A program made the position numbers and the translations under genes. A DNA stretch of 64,000 nt from the human T2T-CHM13v2.0 reference genome, Homo sapiens, in the NCBI RefSeq assembly GCF_009914755.1, contig NC_060929.1; one strand, written 5' to 3'. The notes below the pieces were generated by a model. That model had not been told where the DNA came from. It saw nothing but the letters and a program-made list of their open reading frames with translations, and searched no databases. How positions within the stretch are numbered: the stretch's first letter is position 1; the number at the start of each line of letters is the position of its first letter. Shown piece after piece: positions 18,189 through 31,982 of this stretch.

Positions 18189-18591
18189 TCATCTATTTAT
18201 ACATACAACAACATGAATGAATCTAAAAATAATTATGCTTAATTTAAAAAGCCAGGAAAAAGAGAGTACATAATGTATTACATTTTGGTTGTCCAGGAAC
18301 GGAGTGTGGAGGGAAAAAGTGTTTGGTAAGAGTGAGATGTAGATGTTACCAAAGGGCACAAAGACTCTTTTGGAAATGACGAACATGTTTATTTTGTTGA
18401 TTATGATGATGGTTTTGCCACTGTATAATAATCATATACTTTAAGTGTATGCAGTTTATTCTATATCATTTACATCTCAATAAAGATGATTTAAAAAATT
18501 AAAGACAGGAAGACCAGTCGGGGGGAGTTGAGGAAGTATGAGTGTGTGTGAATGTGTGTATATGCATGTTGTATTTTAACTTCCTAAAGTA

Positions 18592-18625
<34 letters not shown>

Positions 18626-18662
18626 GTATATATATATACACACACTTATACATATTTATATA
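18592..18662. repeat. Compound microsatellite (CT)n(TA)n(CA)n
   Basis: Directly visible. Confidence 0.9.
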
Positions 18663-18818
18663 TGAAGAATATATATTTAGTTGTTTCTAGGTGTTTGTCT
18701 TGCTCCTCCAGCACTCCAGCAGTTCTGTTTGACTTGGCATTGTGATTATTCTGATTTTTATCTTGCTATTGGGATTCCTGAGATAGTCTGTTGTTCTGTT
18801 ACTCACTAAGCTCAATTC

Positions 18819-19119
18819 TTTTTTTTTTTTTTTTTTTTTGAGACGGAGCCTTGTTCTGTAGCCCAGGCTGGAGGGCAGTGGCATAATCTCGGCTCACTGC
18901 AAGCTCCGCTTCCCGGGTTCACGCCATTCTCCTGCCTCAGCCTCCTGAGTAGCTGAGACTACAGGCACCCGCCACCACGCCAGGCTAATTTTTGTATTTT
19001 TAGCACAGACGCAGTTTCACCATGTTGGTCAAGCTGGTCTCGAACTCCTGACCTCGTGATCCTCCTGCCATGGCCTCCCAAAGTGCTGGGATTACAGGCG
19101 TGAGCCACCGCGGCCGGCC
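18819..19119 (-). mobile_element. Alu with AluSg-like left arm and AluY-like right arm
   Basis: TSD taagctcaattctt at 18807-18820 and 19120-19133. Confidence 0.93.
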
Positions 19120-21899
19120 TAAGCTCAATTCTTGTTGTGGGAGTGTCTAACATTGCAGTTATCCTGTGTATGGTGGAAGGAATAACATTCCTTTGACACT
19201 GAGTTTTGTAGAGTTGTCATCCTTTAGATTGGCACTCTTCCAGTGCTCAGGTCAGAGAGACTCAGCTGTCCTGGCTTGGAATTCATGGAGATGTTTGATC
19301 CTTTTGGAGTTCAAGCATACTCATGCACATTCAATAGTGACCACCCTGTAAGAGGTCTACAAGTTCTATAAATTGAGAACTTTTACCAGGATTTGCTGCC
19401 TTCTTGTCCTTGCCTTTGCCACTTAATGTAATCTTGTCCCTCTCAAGAACTTCTGAGAGGAAGACCCCATCACATTTCTGCCATGATTTTAGCAAAGCCC
19501 GATGTTATCACCACACTGAGTAACCTACATGTCCAAATAGCTGCTTCACTCTTAAGTGTGTCAGAGTTAGAAGTGCAGATAATCCAATGTTGTCATAATT
19601 TCCCAGGTACTGCAAGAGTCTTGTTTTCAAAGAAAAGCAATAGCCATATTTATGATGGTCTAAAGGACTTACACACTTCTCCTGAGAGTGTCGCTTAGAT
19701 TGTACAGATCCATGTTGTCTATGTATTCATAATACTTTCCATTAGAGCTTTATTTTTAAAAACAATTGGTTCTTTTAATCTGTAATGGAACATGGACTCA
19801 CAGACTGTCAATAATTAAAATTAAACCTTATTTGTCTTTTAATATAGTGCTATGTTCTTGTGTAATTGAGTAGGGATCGATGCCAGTTGTGTGATGGACA
19901 GTAAACTTATACAACATGACAGAGATAGATTTCCAAGAAGACAGAATGTGATGTTTTTATGTACAAGGGGGATGAGCAGACGATATCAGCAACATTTAAT
20001 TATTCTGTAGGTAATTATTCATTTGAGGAACACAACTTTTCAGAGAAACAGAAAAAAAGATAGACCAATAATACAATTACTATTTGTCTAAGTATACTGG
20101 TAGAAAACCATAATTAATTTTTCATTAAACTTGCATGAGGTGATTTTTTTAAGTAAGTAACAAGAAGTTAAATGCATGCATTTAAGAGCAGAAAGTTTGA
20201 TATGAGTTAACATTGTAACGTAGGGTGATTTTTTAGGCGAAAGTGCAACAAGTGATAATTTTTCAGATTGAAATTAAAAGCTAATCAGAGCTTTAAAAAA
20301 AGTCACTTAAAATGCAAAGTTTCATGAAACATATTTTGATAACCCAATATAAAATTCCATTATGAATATTTTCTTGTCTTACTTGTGGGCTAAATTTTAA
20401 GGGTTTATTAATGTGCCTTCAATTATGAGAGCTCAGTTCCTATGATTATTATTGCATCCCCAGAACAATACATAACTATTTGTATTGTTTGCTAAACCAA
20501 GCTTTTCAATGTGCTCTTACTATTATTAATGGAAAAGAAAAAAAGCACTATTTGAGAAGTGTAGAAACTATGTCCAAACATGTGTCCTTAAGCAGAAAGA
20601 CTCACTATTTAATTTTCCAGAGCAAAGAATCACTTCAAAAATGTAAACTGAATAATTGAAATGGAAAGCTGGATTCCTGCACTCATACAACTCAATTTTT
20701 ACTTGAATTAACTTCTTTCTAGGTAAAAAATATTTTATTTCTTATAATGATTTCATAAAACTTACCAATACAGACTAAAGACTGTTTCCCTTGAACTACA
20801 AAGGCATTTGCACTCAATCATTTTCACCTGATAAAACCATACCCTTGTTCAAATACAACCTGCTGCCAAACCACACCTGCACCTGCACAAGTGAACACAG
20901 GTGGAGAAACACACACAACTCGTGCTCTGCCATGTTCTCAACTGACTATTTTAAGTCTCCCTTTCTCAAATCTCAGTTCTGGCTTCCAGCAGAAGCACTC
21001 AGAAGAGAATGTCCATAAACCTCTACCACTATGTACCCTGAACTATCCTCTTCTTGCCAAACACTCTGCTTTCCTGGAATACTCTGAATGACTGATGGTT
21101 CTGGCTAAGGCCAACACATTTCTTGTGCATAGAATTTCTTCTGTTGCTTGCCTTAGACCATTAGTCCAGCAACTCTCCCCTCTTTGTTCTACATTATTAT
21201 TTTCCTCTGTTACGAACAAAAAAGAATTCAAACTTTGAGATAAGGCAAGAAGATTATTTTGTGCTCTCCTAAAGTAGTACTAGAGTACTTTCTAAGAATT
21301 TTACTTAGGAGCTATTTAATCCTTGGCATTTTCTCTAAGCTCTTTGGTATTTTTCCTAAAATTTTTATTTAAAACTTTTCAAACATATTGCAGATTAAAA
21401 GAATCTTACATTGAACAACTCATGACCAAATTGATAATATTTTACCATGCTTGTTTTCTCACCTATCAATCTATCAATCTACTTTACTTTTCATCCATTA
21501 ATTGATCTGATATTTGGTGCATTTTAAAATAACATAAAATCAGTAAACTTCAGGCCTGTAATTTTGTTAGATTTACTATCTACATTGGTTATATCCCCAA
21601 ACCTGTAAAATTAGACATGAACTTGTGAATTGATAAATTTCAAATTATTTCATCTGTAAAGATACACATTATTTCTATCCCCCAGGGAAAAAAAATGATC
21701 CCAAAGGTAATAATAGGTCAGTTGCTGTAAGGTATCAGTCAGTTTTTTATATAATTTTGCAATCTTGTTCCTACATTCTTATTTCTAAACTCCTATCTTT
21801 TTCTAAATCTTCTTTACCACCTACTGATTTTCTCATTAATAAGTTAAATAAAGAGTTGACAATCATTTGTTTGAGGATAACTTTTTTTAACTTTTTGAA

Positions 21900-22350
21900 A
21901 TTTGTATTTTCACACCCTCTATCAAATGTTTTTCATCATCACTTAAATATGCTATAATTTCTTCCACCTTAAAATATTCTTCTACTTACCCCACTTTCAT
22001 CTGTAGTTACCACTCCATTTATTTGTTTTACAGCAGAACTAATCAAAGAATTAATGCTCTCCCATATTCTCCTGAACTCACACTAGTCAGGTTACCTCCA
22101 TCAACTCTTTATCAAGCTATCTCATCAAGATCACCAATCTCTCCACAATGTTGAATCCATTATTCCATTCCACATTTCACTCATCAGCAACATTTCATGC
22201 CAGTTAACATTCGTTTTCCTTGAAACGCTTTCATCCTTGACTTCCAGAGCATCACTTTCTCCTGGTTTTTATCCTCTGTCTCTGGATGCTCTTAATCTCC
22301 TTTGCTGGTTTCTTCTCCTCTCCCAAACCTCTAAATGATGATTGCTCCAG
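21900..22350 (+). mobile_element. L2 ORF2 fragment
   Basis: C/T-rich L2 motifs: tcaagatcaccaat, tcagcaacatttca, ccttgaaacgctttcatccttgacttccag, ctcctggtttt, cctctaaatg. Confidence 0.75.
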
Positions 22351-25300
22351 CGTAAATCTGAGGTACATGGATCTTAATGGATTTGGCTTGTGCTGTACTT
22401 TCAATCAGCATGTAATCAAATACGATTTAAAAAAAAATCAGCTGGTTACTGGCCATTGTAGAAATGTACTATTGATCTTTTGCATTCTGCAAGTATTGAT
22501 CTCTACAAAAAATTTCGTCGAGTAGCAGTGAATTTAAATTAATTACATTAAGCAATCAGATATATCTGTTATACTGCAATTTCTAACATAACTGGGTACT
22601 AGTCTACTGATAAACAAAGTAGAACTTTTATTCTAACCATATCTTCATAGTACTTGCAAATACTGGATTTATTATTATAATTACGGTAGACATTGTTTTG
22701 TAATTTGAGACTTTTCAACTACCCTAAGATCTCAAAACAATTTTTTTAATTACATTTTTTAAAATATAGGAATATTTAATATAAATTTACCCTTTAAATG
22801 TGTATTTTTAAAGTATACTAATTTTAGTAGCATATCTCCAAATTCAACAGGAGTTTGCACATCCTCTTGGAAATGTTCTGGTAAACTGAAAAGGCGATTT
22901 AATTGTAATTTTTAATTCTTTGACTCTCTAGCTTGACCGAAACTTAAAACCACCAATATAGACAGTGGTTACCATTTTGCATTTGAATCTCTACTTGAAG
23001 TTTCTAATTCTTTTGTCTGAGTTCTAGCTAATGTGTGTTCTTTGTTAAGAATGGGGGACTTTAAGTTATAGCGTAGTACCACTCTGGTCATTTTCACCAG
23101 AGTTCAAAATTCTCTCAGAAAATACCTAGTTGGTTTGGGGATACATCATTTCTTGGCAAATCAGAATTTTCTTAAAAACTTCAAAATAAGTGATAGAAGT
23201 TTCTGTTTTATCACACCCATGATATCTGTAGGCTTTATGCACATTTGTCCATATCTCTCTAAATTAATGAGGGATTAAATAATCCTTTTATGTAAGTTTA
23301 AATGCACAAATGAAGCATGTGCTTCAGAAAAATAGCCATAATAGGTTATAGATGTTTTCACATTCTGTGGCCATTATCCCATGTGTTTATAAAGTCCCTC
23401 TTGTGCAATTGTCTCTGTGACCTATAAGCTTAAATAGTCTTACCACAAATATAATTTTTGTAAGCCTCAACCATATGCTGTGTCTTCTAAATCACTCACA
23501 TTTTAGCTCTGAATAACTTTAGATTGTTTTCAAAAATAAGTAAAATACTCCAGGAAAAATTATTTGGATCATTAAAAAATACTTAAATAACATGCTATGA
23601 AAATCTGTTTTCAAAAAAGAAGTGACATGATTTTGAGCAAAGACAGCATCACTGGAAAACATATAATCACTCAATATGACTGTATATATCCATATTCTTG
23701 GATTTCTAGCTTTTGATATATTCTAAGGATAATCGTTTCTCACATATAATCAATAGAGGTTCTATGTGTCTGGATTTAAGACTGCATTTAAGCAAATATA
23801 TTACACTTTCTGAATTTGGAGATTGAATAATAGGCTCATTTTCCATTTAATTTGTTCTAGGCCAAGGAATAATTCTTGGTTTATTTGTGGAGTGAAGCCA
23901 GCTATGTAATTTTTATCTTGGGGATAGGGGACTTCTAGATGTGGAATGTACCCATCTTCATCCCTGCAAGAAATCTGCTGCAAACCCTGTCAGTTTATGG
24001 GTGCTCAATGAATGTGAAAGAAGAAGAATGTCAGTCTCATCTGAAGAACTGCAGAGTTAAACAAAGTTTCAGAGAAAGCTGGGAATTTGGGCTCCTTCAC
24101 AATAGCAATCATCCTGAAAAGTATCTATGTGGAATTTTAAGGAAATTAGATCTTTCTACTTGTTATAGATACCTTCTCTAGTGTCTTTAACTTCAGTTTT
24201 AGGCAAAATGACTTATTAAATCAAAGTATACACTTTCAATTTGTAATAACAATGTATCACTTTAGGCAATACTACATTTATGAAGAAATAATGCTCTTAA
24301 AGATTAAAGTCTCCTGTCCCTCCCATGACTGCTTTCAAACACACCAGAGGCACGAAATACGTACTCAAATATACTATCTTCTTGTCCTAATACTCAGTAG
24401 TCCCTAATTCTGCTCACATGTATTTAACTAGGTCAAGCCATTTTTCTCGTTTTCAAAGGAATTCCACTGATAACTTAAAGAAATATCCCCTGGTCAAGTC
24501 TAAGAGTTTCTCTTGGTTAAAGTTCTACGTTATTTTTCCCGCATATGCTTCCTAGTACTGCACTGAAATGAATGAACCAACACAATGCCTAATCCTTGGA
24601 ACCTATTGATCAGGTCACTCGTCATCTTACTCATACAAATACTGCTACCATTTGGGAGATTTACATCTTGCAACTACTTTATTGTAGATTTTATTTTCAT
24701 ATGAGAGTAGTTCCTTTGCTGGCACCAACTACAAGAAATATTTCATTACAACAACCCTCGAGAATCTTTTAAACACATTTTAAATGCATATTTTATCTTT
24801 CTTTTTCAGTAATCAGATAGCATGCGATCAAAAGCAGATGTCTTTTGAAAGAGCTCAGTCCTGAATTCATGTTTTTTAAAAAATCAAGAAAGACTGTGAA
24901 ATAAAAAATAATAAAATAAAATCCTTATTGATTTTAGCACGAACATTCAGACTGTGAAGGGCCATCCCATCAGGAGAAAAACCTCAGTACTTTATTTTTG
25001 TTTTTTAGGACATGATTTTAAGTAAACTTTGATTATCATTGGCTTGGTTTGAAAACTTATCAATTCTTTCAGAAGTAAGATTTCCTTTGAATGCCAGTCA
25101 TTTCATCTTTTAACTTTGTGTGACATAGGGTGGAGGCGCTGAGTGGAAGCTGACAGAAATTTTACAGTAAAATGAGAATACTGTAATCAGCTTATGGGTG
25201 ACTATTTATCAAGAGTCAACAGTCAGTGGAGCGAGGAATAGAAAAGATCCTGGGGGGTGTGGTGAATTACCAAAAATCTGGATTCAAATTCAGGAAGCTA

Positions 25301-26592
25301 TTTTATCCTCTCTAGGATCGTTTGCCCAGCTACAAAATAGATGAAAGTCAAGCAATCACTTTTTTAAGTTGTCACATATTTTAATGAGCAATAAAATATC
25401 GTGTTACCTTATATGATGTTATCTTTGCATATGCAGCTATCAATTTGTTTATTTTTTAGTGATAAGAAGTTTATTTTTTTCTTTCGAAGAAGTTTTTCCT
25501 TTTTAAATGGGTTATGGAACATGCAATCTTGATTACTAGAATTTATTTATTTATCGGATATTTATATTCCTCACTCAAAAATGGTCCACCAGCTGCTGCC
25601 AGTGTAAGAATTGTTCATTGCTTATCTGCAATGTGATGCACACAGAAATGAAGAATGACCATTTAGAAACTGTTTTTAACAGTTTGACATTGTTGTGTCA
25701 TCCATGTGTGATAACATTTTTCTAGTAATTCTTGTATTTACAAAAGTATCACATCGCAACTGATAGGAAATTAAACAACAATCACAAGCTGGTGCTTTTT
25801 CACAGCAGTCTTAGAAGCACTGCCCTATAGACTTCAAATGATGCCGTGCAGTGCACTGATCTATCTACCTATATATATAATAACATTTAGGGCACTGCAT
25901 CTTTTTGCTTACTTTTTAGTGCCCTACTCTAATACCAATAGTGTTGGGATAAGAGAAATGCAGAATAATGAAATGAAAGTAAAGGGAATAATTGTCTTCT
26001 TTCCCTTTTAGTTAATAATTACACTATTATCAATTACATCCACTGCTTTAAAAAATATAAAATAACTGCTAATCCTTCTAATTATTGTTCTTTCATGTTT
26101 CCCACCAGAAAAGAACTTCAGTTTGTTAGACGACATTTTCTACAATGGGCATTCATTAAGTCAAGGTCATATAACATTTTAAATTAAAGTTTAAATTAAA
26201 GTTATTTAAGTATCAATTTAATATAATTTTTTTGAAATTGTTGGATGTTTGAAAATATTTATTAAAATATAAAATCTTCTTGGATGTGATAAACCACCTA
26301 TGCTTTGGTGTTTTCTGACTCCATTGGAATGTATTCAGTCAATTCATTTCTTTGGCATAGAAGAAGGCCTTAGTGAATGCTACTGTAAAAACTGTAATAC
26401 CTCCTGGGAGAAAATGAAATAAGAGTTAAGTAACTATGTGTAAGTCAGATACAATGAAAGAAAATAAAAAAGAGAGAGCTTGGCAGCCTCTTTGGAGAGA
26501 TGCAGAATATTGTCTAATCAATTTTGTACCTACCCCTTCCTGTTGCCTCCTAAACTCTAAACAGAAAAATCATACTCGAATACGTATATTGA

Positions 26593-26890
26593 GGCTGGGC
26601 ACAGTGGTTTACACCTGCAATTCGAACACCTTGGGAGGCCATGGCAGGAGGATCGCTTGAGTCCAGGAGTTTGAGACCAGCCTGGGCAGCATGGTGAAAC
26701 CCCATCTCTACAAAAAATACAAAAAATTAGCCGGGCATGGTGGTGCATGCCTGTGGTCCCATCTACCCAGGGGGCTAAGAAGGGAGGACTGCCTGACCCC
26801 GGGTGGTAGAGGCTGCACTGAGCCACAATCATGCCACTGCACTCCAGCCTGGTCCACAGAGTAAGACCTGTCTCAAAAAAAAAAAAAAAA
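26593..26890 (+). mobile_element. AluJb-like
   Basis: ggatcgcttgagtccaggagtttgagacc, gaggctgcactgagc, polyA tail. Confidence 0.93.
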
Positions 26891-27689
26891 GAACTTAAAA
26901 TTATAAAACGGGATTAAATAAAAATAAAATAAAATAAAATACACATGTTATCTTGCATAGGAAAGCCAAGAGAAATGAAACAAAATAAAAATTTCAATTT
27001 AGGGAATTCGAGAAAGTGAATTAAGAGATGGATTGTAATATGTTGAGCCCCTCATTTCACCTGAAATAATCTTTAAATAAATCCTGGAGATAAATGTTTG
27101 CTAAAACTATTTCCTAAAAGTTGCATACGGTGTTCGACATGTTCATGTTCTTTGACAACTATAATTGTTTAAGTTAAGCCACTTCAAACTCATTTTTATA
27201 AATTTATGCTGAGAATAACCAAGTAAAATGTCCATTGTTAACATAAAACTCAAAATATATGTTTCACATTATGTCATTGTTGCATGTCTGTAATTGTTTG
27301 ATGGCTTCATTAATGATCACCATTAAACTTAAATCTAGTAAAGCAAAATGTCCTTAGCCCACAGTCTCACAGTTACCAAGGTGATGTTACCATCAAAACC
27401 ATATGAATGGAAACAGCCTCAAGGTCAGTTTATCTGGGTAAAAACATTGCGAAGTCCTTTGGCTTTGTAGGATTAATATTTACAATTCTTCATTGAGTAC
27501 CTAAATGAAGATGGTCGATCATTCTAATATTAATTTTTGAATGTATTGAAAATGTGGTAACTTAACTAGCAAATTCTCTTAAGACTCAATCTCCTGTGCG
27601 AAAAAAGTCTAACAACTGTTAGAAACTCCAGTTACCTACCTGTAAGTTATTATAGCAATATAATAATAATAGAATAGCAAAAATACTAA

Positions 27690-27960
27690 TATTAATAGTA
27701 TTGTATTTTGAACATTTATTATAAACCAAGAACTTTGCTGATCTATTTTTTGTATCTATACATATATATGTGTATGTGTGTGTATATATGTATATAATAT
27801 ACAACCTCATTTAATCTTTACAACAATTATACCATCAAAAACTTTCTCTTATTTTACAGATGAAGAAATTATAGCATAGGGCAATTAATTATCTTGTTGA
27901 AAATCATATGTATAGCAAAATGGCAAATCTAAGAGGGTGCCATGTTCTGGCCAGAGTTGG
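27690..27960 (-). mobile_element. MIR fragment
   Basis: ctcatttaatctttacaac...attttacagatgaagaaatt core motif. Confidence 0.65.
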
Positions 27961-28045
27961 TTCATGGTTTTAACCTATTCTGTTTGGGAATGCATGATGG
28001 ATTTTGAAAGGAATACTAAAAAGAAAAAAGAAAACAAAGAAAGAG

Positions 28046-28100
28046 TGTGAGAGAGAGAGAGAAGAGAGAGAGAGGAAGGGAGGAAGGGAAAGGAGGGAAG
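28046..28100. repeat. Polypurine (GA)n/(GGAA)n tract
   Basis: Directly visible. Confidence 0.85.
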
Positions 28101-29310
28101 TCAGTCATTAGGAATACACTTTTACCACTTAATGTTTCCCTTACAATATATTTGCCAGAATTGAACATAATCTTTAAGAGTTTTCCAGAAGATAATTTAG
28201 TGTTGTTACCCCATCATCTTTATACAAATCTCTATTAGAATAGTCAAAATCCTGTTTGCTTTTGAATCACGTCATCATATGTTTAGTGTGTATCAACCTT
28301 TTACGTGTCATGACAAATAGGGATTAAGCATTGTACTTGAAAGTTATTTTGTAAACTTACTAGATGTCACTAATATTTATTTATAAGAGGAAATATACTA
28401 TTAACTATGCTCCTAATTTTAAAAAAAATCCACAGTATCTTTATACAGATTGAGTTAATTAAAGCTAGATCAGAGATGTCATAGTGAATTAATTATCCAA
28501 ATTGTTTGTGGATAAAATCAACCACTGTGGAAAACATAGTTTAGACTTTCAAGTGAGTACAAACATTTTTCTACAACAAATATTTTAACAAATGTAATTT
28601 ATTGTAACATTCAGACTTATCTAGGAAGAATTTAAGAAAACTTTCACAATTTCAGCAAAACTTTGCCCTTCTAAGGAAATAAACTTTTACAGAAATTTAA
28701 TTTCATAATAAAAGGTTACACAATAAGAGCCTACTTAAAATAAGTTGCATAGTAACTGATATGTAAATATTTCCTAATCACTTCCCTCCCTTAGTCTAGC
28801 TAATATGCTGTAATGGGTATTTTAGAATTTGTCAGCTCAAAGCTTTCCTGTCAACAAATATCTATTATTTTAAGGTTCTCCATTACTTTGGAGATCGATC
28901 TGTTCCTGTTTCCTTTACTTTCTAGCCAAACTCCTCCTGGTCAACTTCCTTAGTGACTTTGTTTGTAGGAAGTGCCTCAATCATATTTTCTTGAACAAAT
29001 ACTTAAGCAGTCAATGTTTATTTTCATTGAAATATATCCTGTTGCATTGGATCAATGCTATGTATCCAGTTTTGCCTATCTATGAACTTAAGTTTAAAAA
29101 ATACTAAGGTAGAATACTGACTTAAACCCTGCTATGTTATCCTTGCAAACTGTTACTAAATCAGTTCTATTGTTGCTCTTGTTGTTTTTTTGTTTGTTTG
29201 TTTTCTTTTTGGTCTTCCAGGTCCTTTTCTTATTGAGCTACTCAGCCCTTTTATCAAGGGGCAACCATAGCTCCAAAAGGCTGATAAGTATTAGTCTAGT
29301 GCAGTGATTT

Positions 29311-30896
29311 TCTTTTTTTTTTTTTAACTTTTATTTTAAGTTCAGGGGTACATGTGCCGGATGTGCAAGTTTGTTACATCAGTAAATGTGTGTCATGGGG
29401 GTTTGTTGTACAGATTATGTCATCACCCAGGTATTAAGCCTAGTATTGATCAGTTATTTTTCCTGATCCTCTCCCCCTTCCCTCCCTCCACCCTCCAGTA
29501 GGCCCCAGTGTGTGTTGTTCCCCTCTGTGTATCCATGTGTTCTCATCATTTAGCTCCCACTTATAAGTGAGAACATGCATTATTTGGTTTTCTGTTCTTG
29601 TATTAGTTTGCTGAAGATAACAGCTTCCAGCTCCATCCATGTCCCTGCAAAGGACATAATCTCATTCCTTTTTATGGCCACATAGTATTCCAAGGCGTAT
29701 ATGTACCACATTTTCTTTATGCAGTCTATGCTTGATGGGCATTTGGGTCGATTCCATGTCTTTGCTTTTGTGAATACTGCTGTAATGAATATATGCATGC
29801 ATGTATCTTTACAGTAGAATGTTTTATATTTCTTTGGGTATATACCCAGTAATGGGATTGCTGGATCTAATGGTATTTCTGTCTCTAGGTCTCTGAGGAA
29901 TCACCACACTGTCTTCCCAATGATGGAGCTAATTTACCCTCCCACCAACAGTGTAAAAGTGTTCCTTTTCTTCTACAACCTCAGCAGCATCTGTTATTTT
30001 TTTGACTTTTAATAATAGCCATTCTGACTGGCATGAGATGGTATCTCATTGTGGTTTTGATTTCCATTTCTCTGATGACCAGTGATGTTGAGCTTTTTTT
30101 CATGATTGTTGGCCACATGTATGTCTTCTTTTGAGAAGTGTCTGTTCATGTTCTTTGCCCACTTTTTGATAGGGTTGTTTGTCCTGTTCTTGTAAATTTT
30201 TTTAAGTTCCTTGTAGATGTTGAATATGACGCCTTTGTCAGATACATGGTGATATGGTTTTGCTGTGTCCTGACTCAAATCTCAACTTGAATTATATCTC
30301 CCAGAATTCCCACATGTTGTGGGAGGGACCCAGAGGGAGGTAATTGTATCATGGGGGCCGGTTATTCCCATGCTATTCTTGTGATAGTGAATAAGTTTTA
30401 TTAGATATGATAGGTTTATCAGGAGTTTCCACTTTTGCTTCTTCCTCATTTTTCTCTCGCCACCACCATGTAAGAAGTGCCTTTCACCTGCCACCATGAT
30501 TGTGAGGCCTCTCCAGCCATGTGGAACTGTAAGTCCAATTAAACTTCTTTTTGTTCCCAGTTTTGGGTATGTCTTTATCAGCAGCGTGAAAACAAACCAG
30601 TACACATTGTTGGTAAAAGTTTTCTCTCATTCTGAAGGTTGTCTGTTTACTCTGTTGAAAGTGTATATGGTTATGCGGAAGCTCTTTAATTCGATCCCAT
30701 TAATCAATTTTTGCTTACATTGCAATTGCTTTTGGCATCTTTGTCATGAAATCTTTACCCATGCCCAGGTCACAAATGGTATTGCCTAGGTTTTCTTCTA
30801 GAATTTCTGAAGTTTATGGTTTTAAATTTAAGTCTTTAATCTGTCTTGAGTTGATTTGTATATGGAGTAAGGGAGGGGTCTAGTTGCAATTTTCTG
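29311..30896 (-). mobile_element. L1PA10-13-like element, non-inverted 3' portion, interrupted by THE1A
   Basis: polyT at 29311; 3' UTR ggggtttgttgtacagattatgtcatcacccaggtattaagcc; ORF2 C-terminal remnants (29580..29798, 30009..30278). Confidence 0.88.
30250..30604 (+). mobile_element. THE1A solo LTR (MaLR)
   Basis: tgatatggttttgctgtgtcc...ctcaacttgaattatatctcccagaattccc...ccagtaca; 5-bp TSD catgg/cattg. Confidence 0.9.
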
Positions 30897-31589
30897 ACTT
30901 GATGTTATATCTAGAAAACCTCATTGTTTTAGCCCCAAAGCTTCTAGCCGATAAGCAACTTCAGCAAAGTTTCAAGATACAGAATTAATGTGCAGAAATC
31001 ACTAGGATATCTACACATGGACAGTCAAACCAAGAGCTGAATCACAAATGAATTATCATTCATAATTGCCACAAAAAGAATAAAATATCTAGGAATACAG
31101 CTAACAAGGGAAGTGAAGGATCTCTACCAGGAGAACTACCAACCACTGCTCAGAGAAATCAGAGAGGAACACAAACAAATGGAAAAACATTCCATGCTCA
31201 TGGATAGGAAGAATTAGTATCGTGAAAAGGGCCATATTGCCCAAAGCAATTTATAGAGTCAATGCTTTTCCCATTAAACTCATTGGTATTCTTCACAGAA
31301 CTAGAAAAAAATATTTTAAAATTCATATGGGAAAAAAAAAAGAACCTGAATAGCCAAGACAGTCCTAAGCAGAAAGCAGAAAGCTGGAGCTTTCTGATTT
31401 CAAACTATATTACAGGCCTATAGAAAACAAAACAGCATGGTACTGGTACAAAATCAGACACATAGAACAATGGAACAGAGTAGAAAACCCAGAAATAAGA
31501 CCTTCCACCTACAACCGTATGATCTTTGACAAACTTGACAAAAACAAGCAATGGGGAAAGGATTCCCTGTTTAGTTAGTGGTGCTGGGG
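30897..31589 (+). mobile_element. Inverted 5' segment of the same L1PA (twin-priming structure)
   Basis: Sense ORF2 from the YLEN.. region to tggtgctggg, about 20 nt short of where the antisense part begins. Confidence 0.8.
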
Positions 31590-31603
31590 TAAGAGTTCAA
31601 AAC

Positions 31604-31634
31604 AGACACACACACTCTCACACACACACACACA
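31604..31634. repeat. (CA)n microsatellite
   Basis: Directly visible. Confidence 0.85.
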
Positions 31635-31644
31635 AACAGCAACT

Positions 31645-31982
31645 CACTAGACAAATCCGCCCCGCAGATATGTTTGGTTTGGACTATGCAATATTTGTAA
31701 TATGAATTAGTTACTAACATTTAAAAATTGATTGCATTAAATGAGAACATCTGAGAACATTTGGCTTTGCTTGAAGAATCTAAAGATGTGGCTAAATTGG
31801 GCCTGCATTCTATGTCAATTTTCATGCAAATATTGACCAGAACTAGATTGAAGCTGCTTCCTGTACATGGGTACAGGAACCCTCTGCTTCATTCCTTTCC
31901 CCATCTCTCCCCTGAAGCAACTGCTCTTAAACCATTTGTGGTACTGCCTGGCCCCTGCAAGCATTTGGGTTTGTAATCCTAA
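31645..31982. mobile_element. MER102-like hAT-Charlie DNA transposon fossil
   Basis: Terminus ctgcctggcccctgcaagcatttgggtttgtaatcc and internal gaattagttactaacatttaaaaat resemble recalled MER102. Confidence 0.6.

Noticed and set aside
22973-23258. Minus-strand protein-like frames (EIWTNVHKAYRY..., MTRVVLRYNLKSPILNKEHTLARTQ...) with possible splice sites
   Set aside because: In-frame stops, no consistent phase with neighbouring candidates and no recognised homology.
23272-23285. GGATTA-aa-TAATCC inverted homeodomain site pair
   Set aside because: A single short motif in AT-rich DNA with no other support.
25846-25926. Palindrome cagtgcactg and 9-bp inverted repeat tagggcact/agtgcccta
   Set aside because: Stems are too short for a pre-miRNA or MITE, and a few such are expected by chance. 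The same applies to hairpins at 31858-31879 and 51843-51863.
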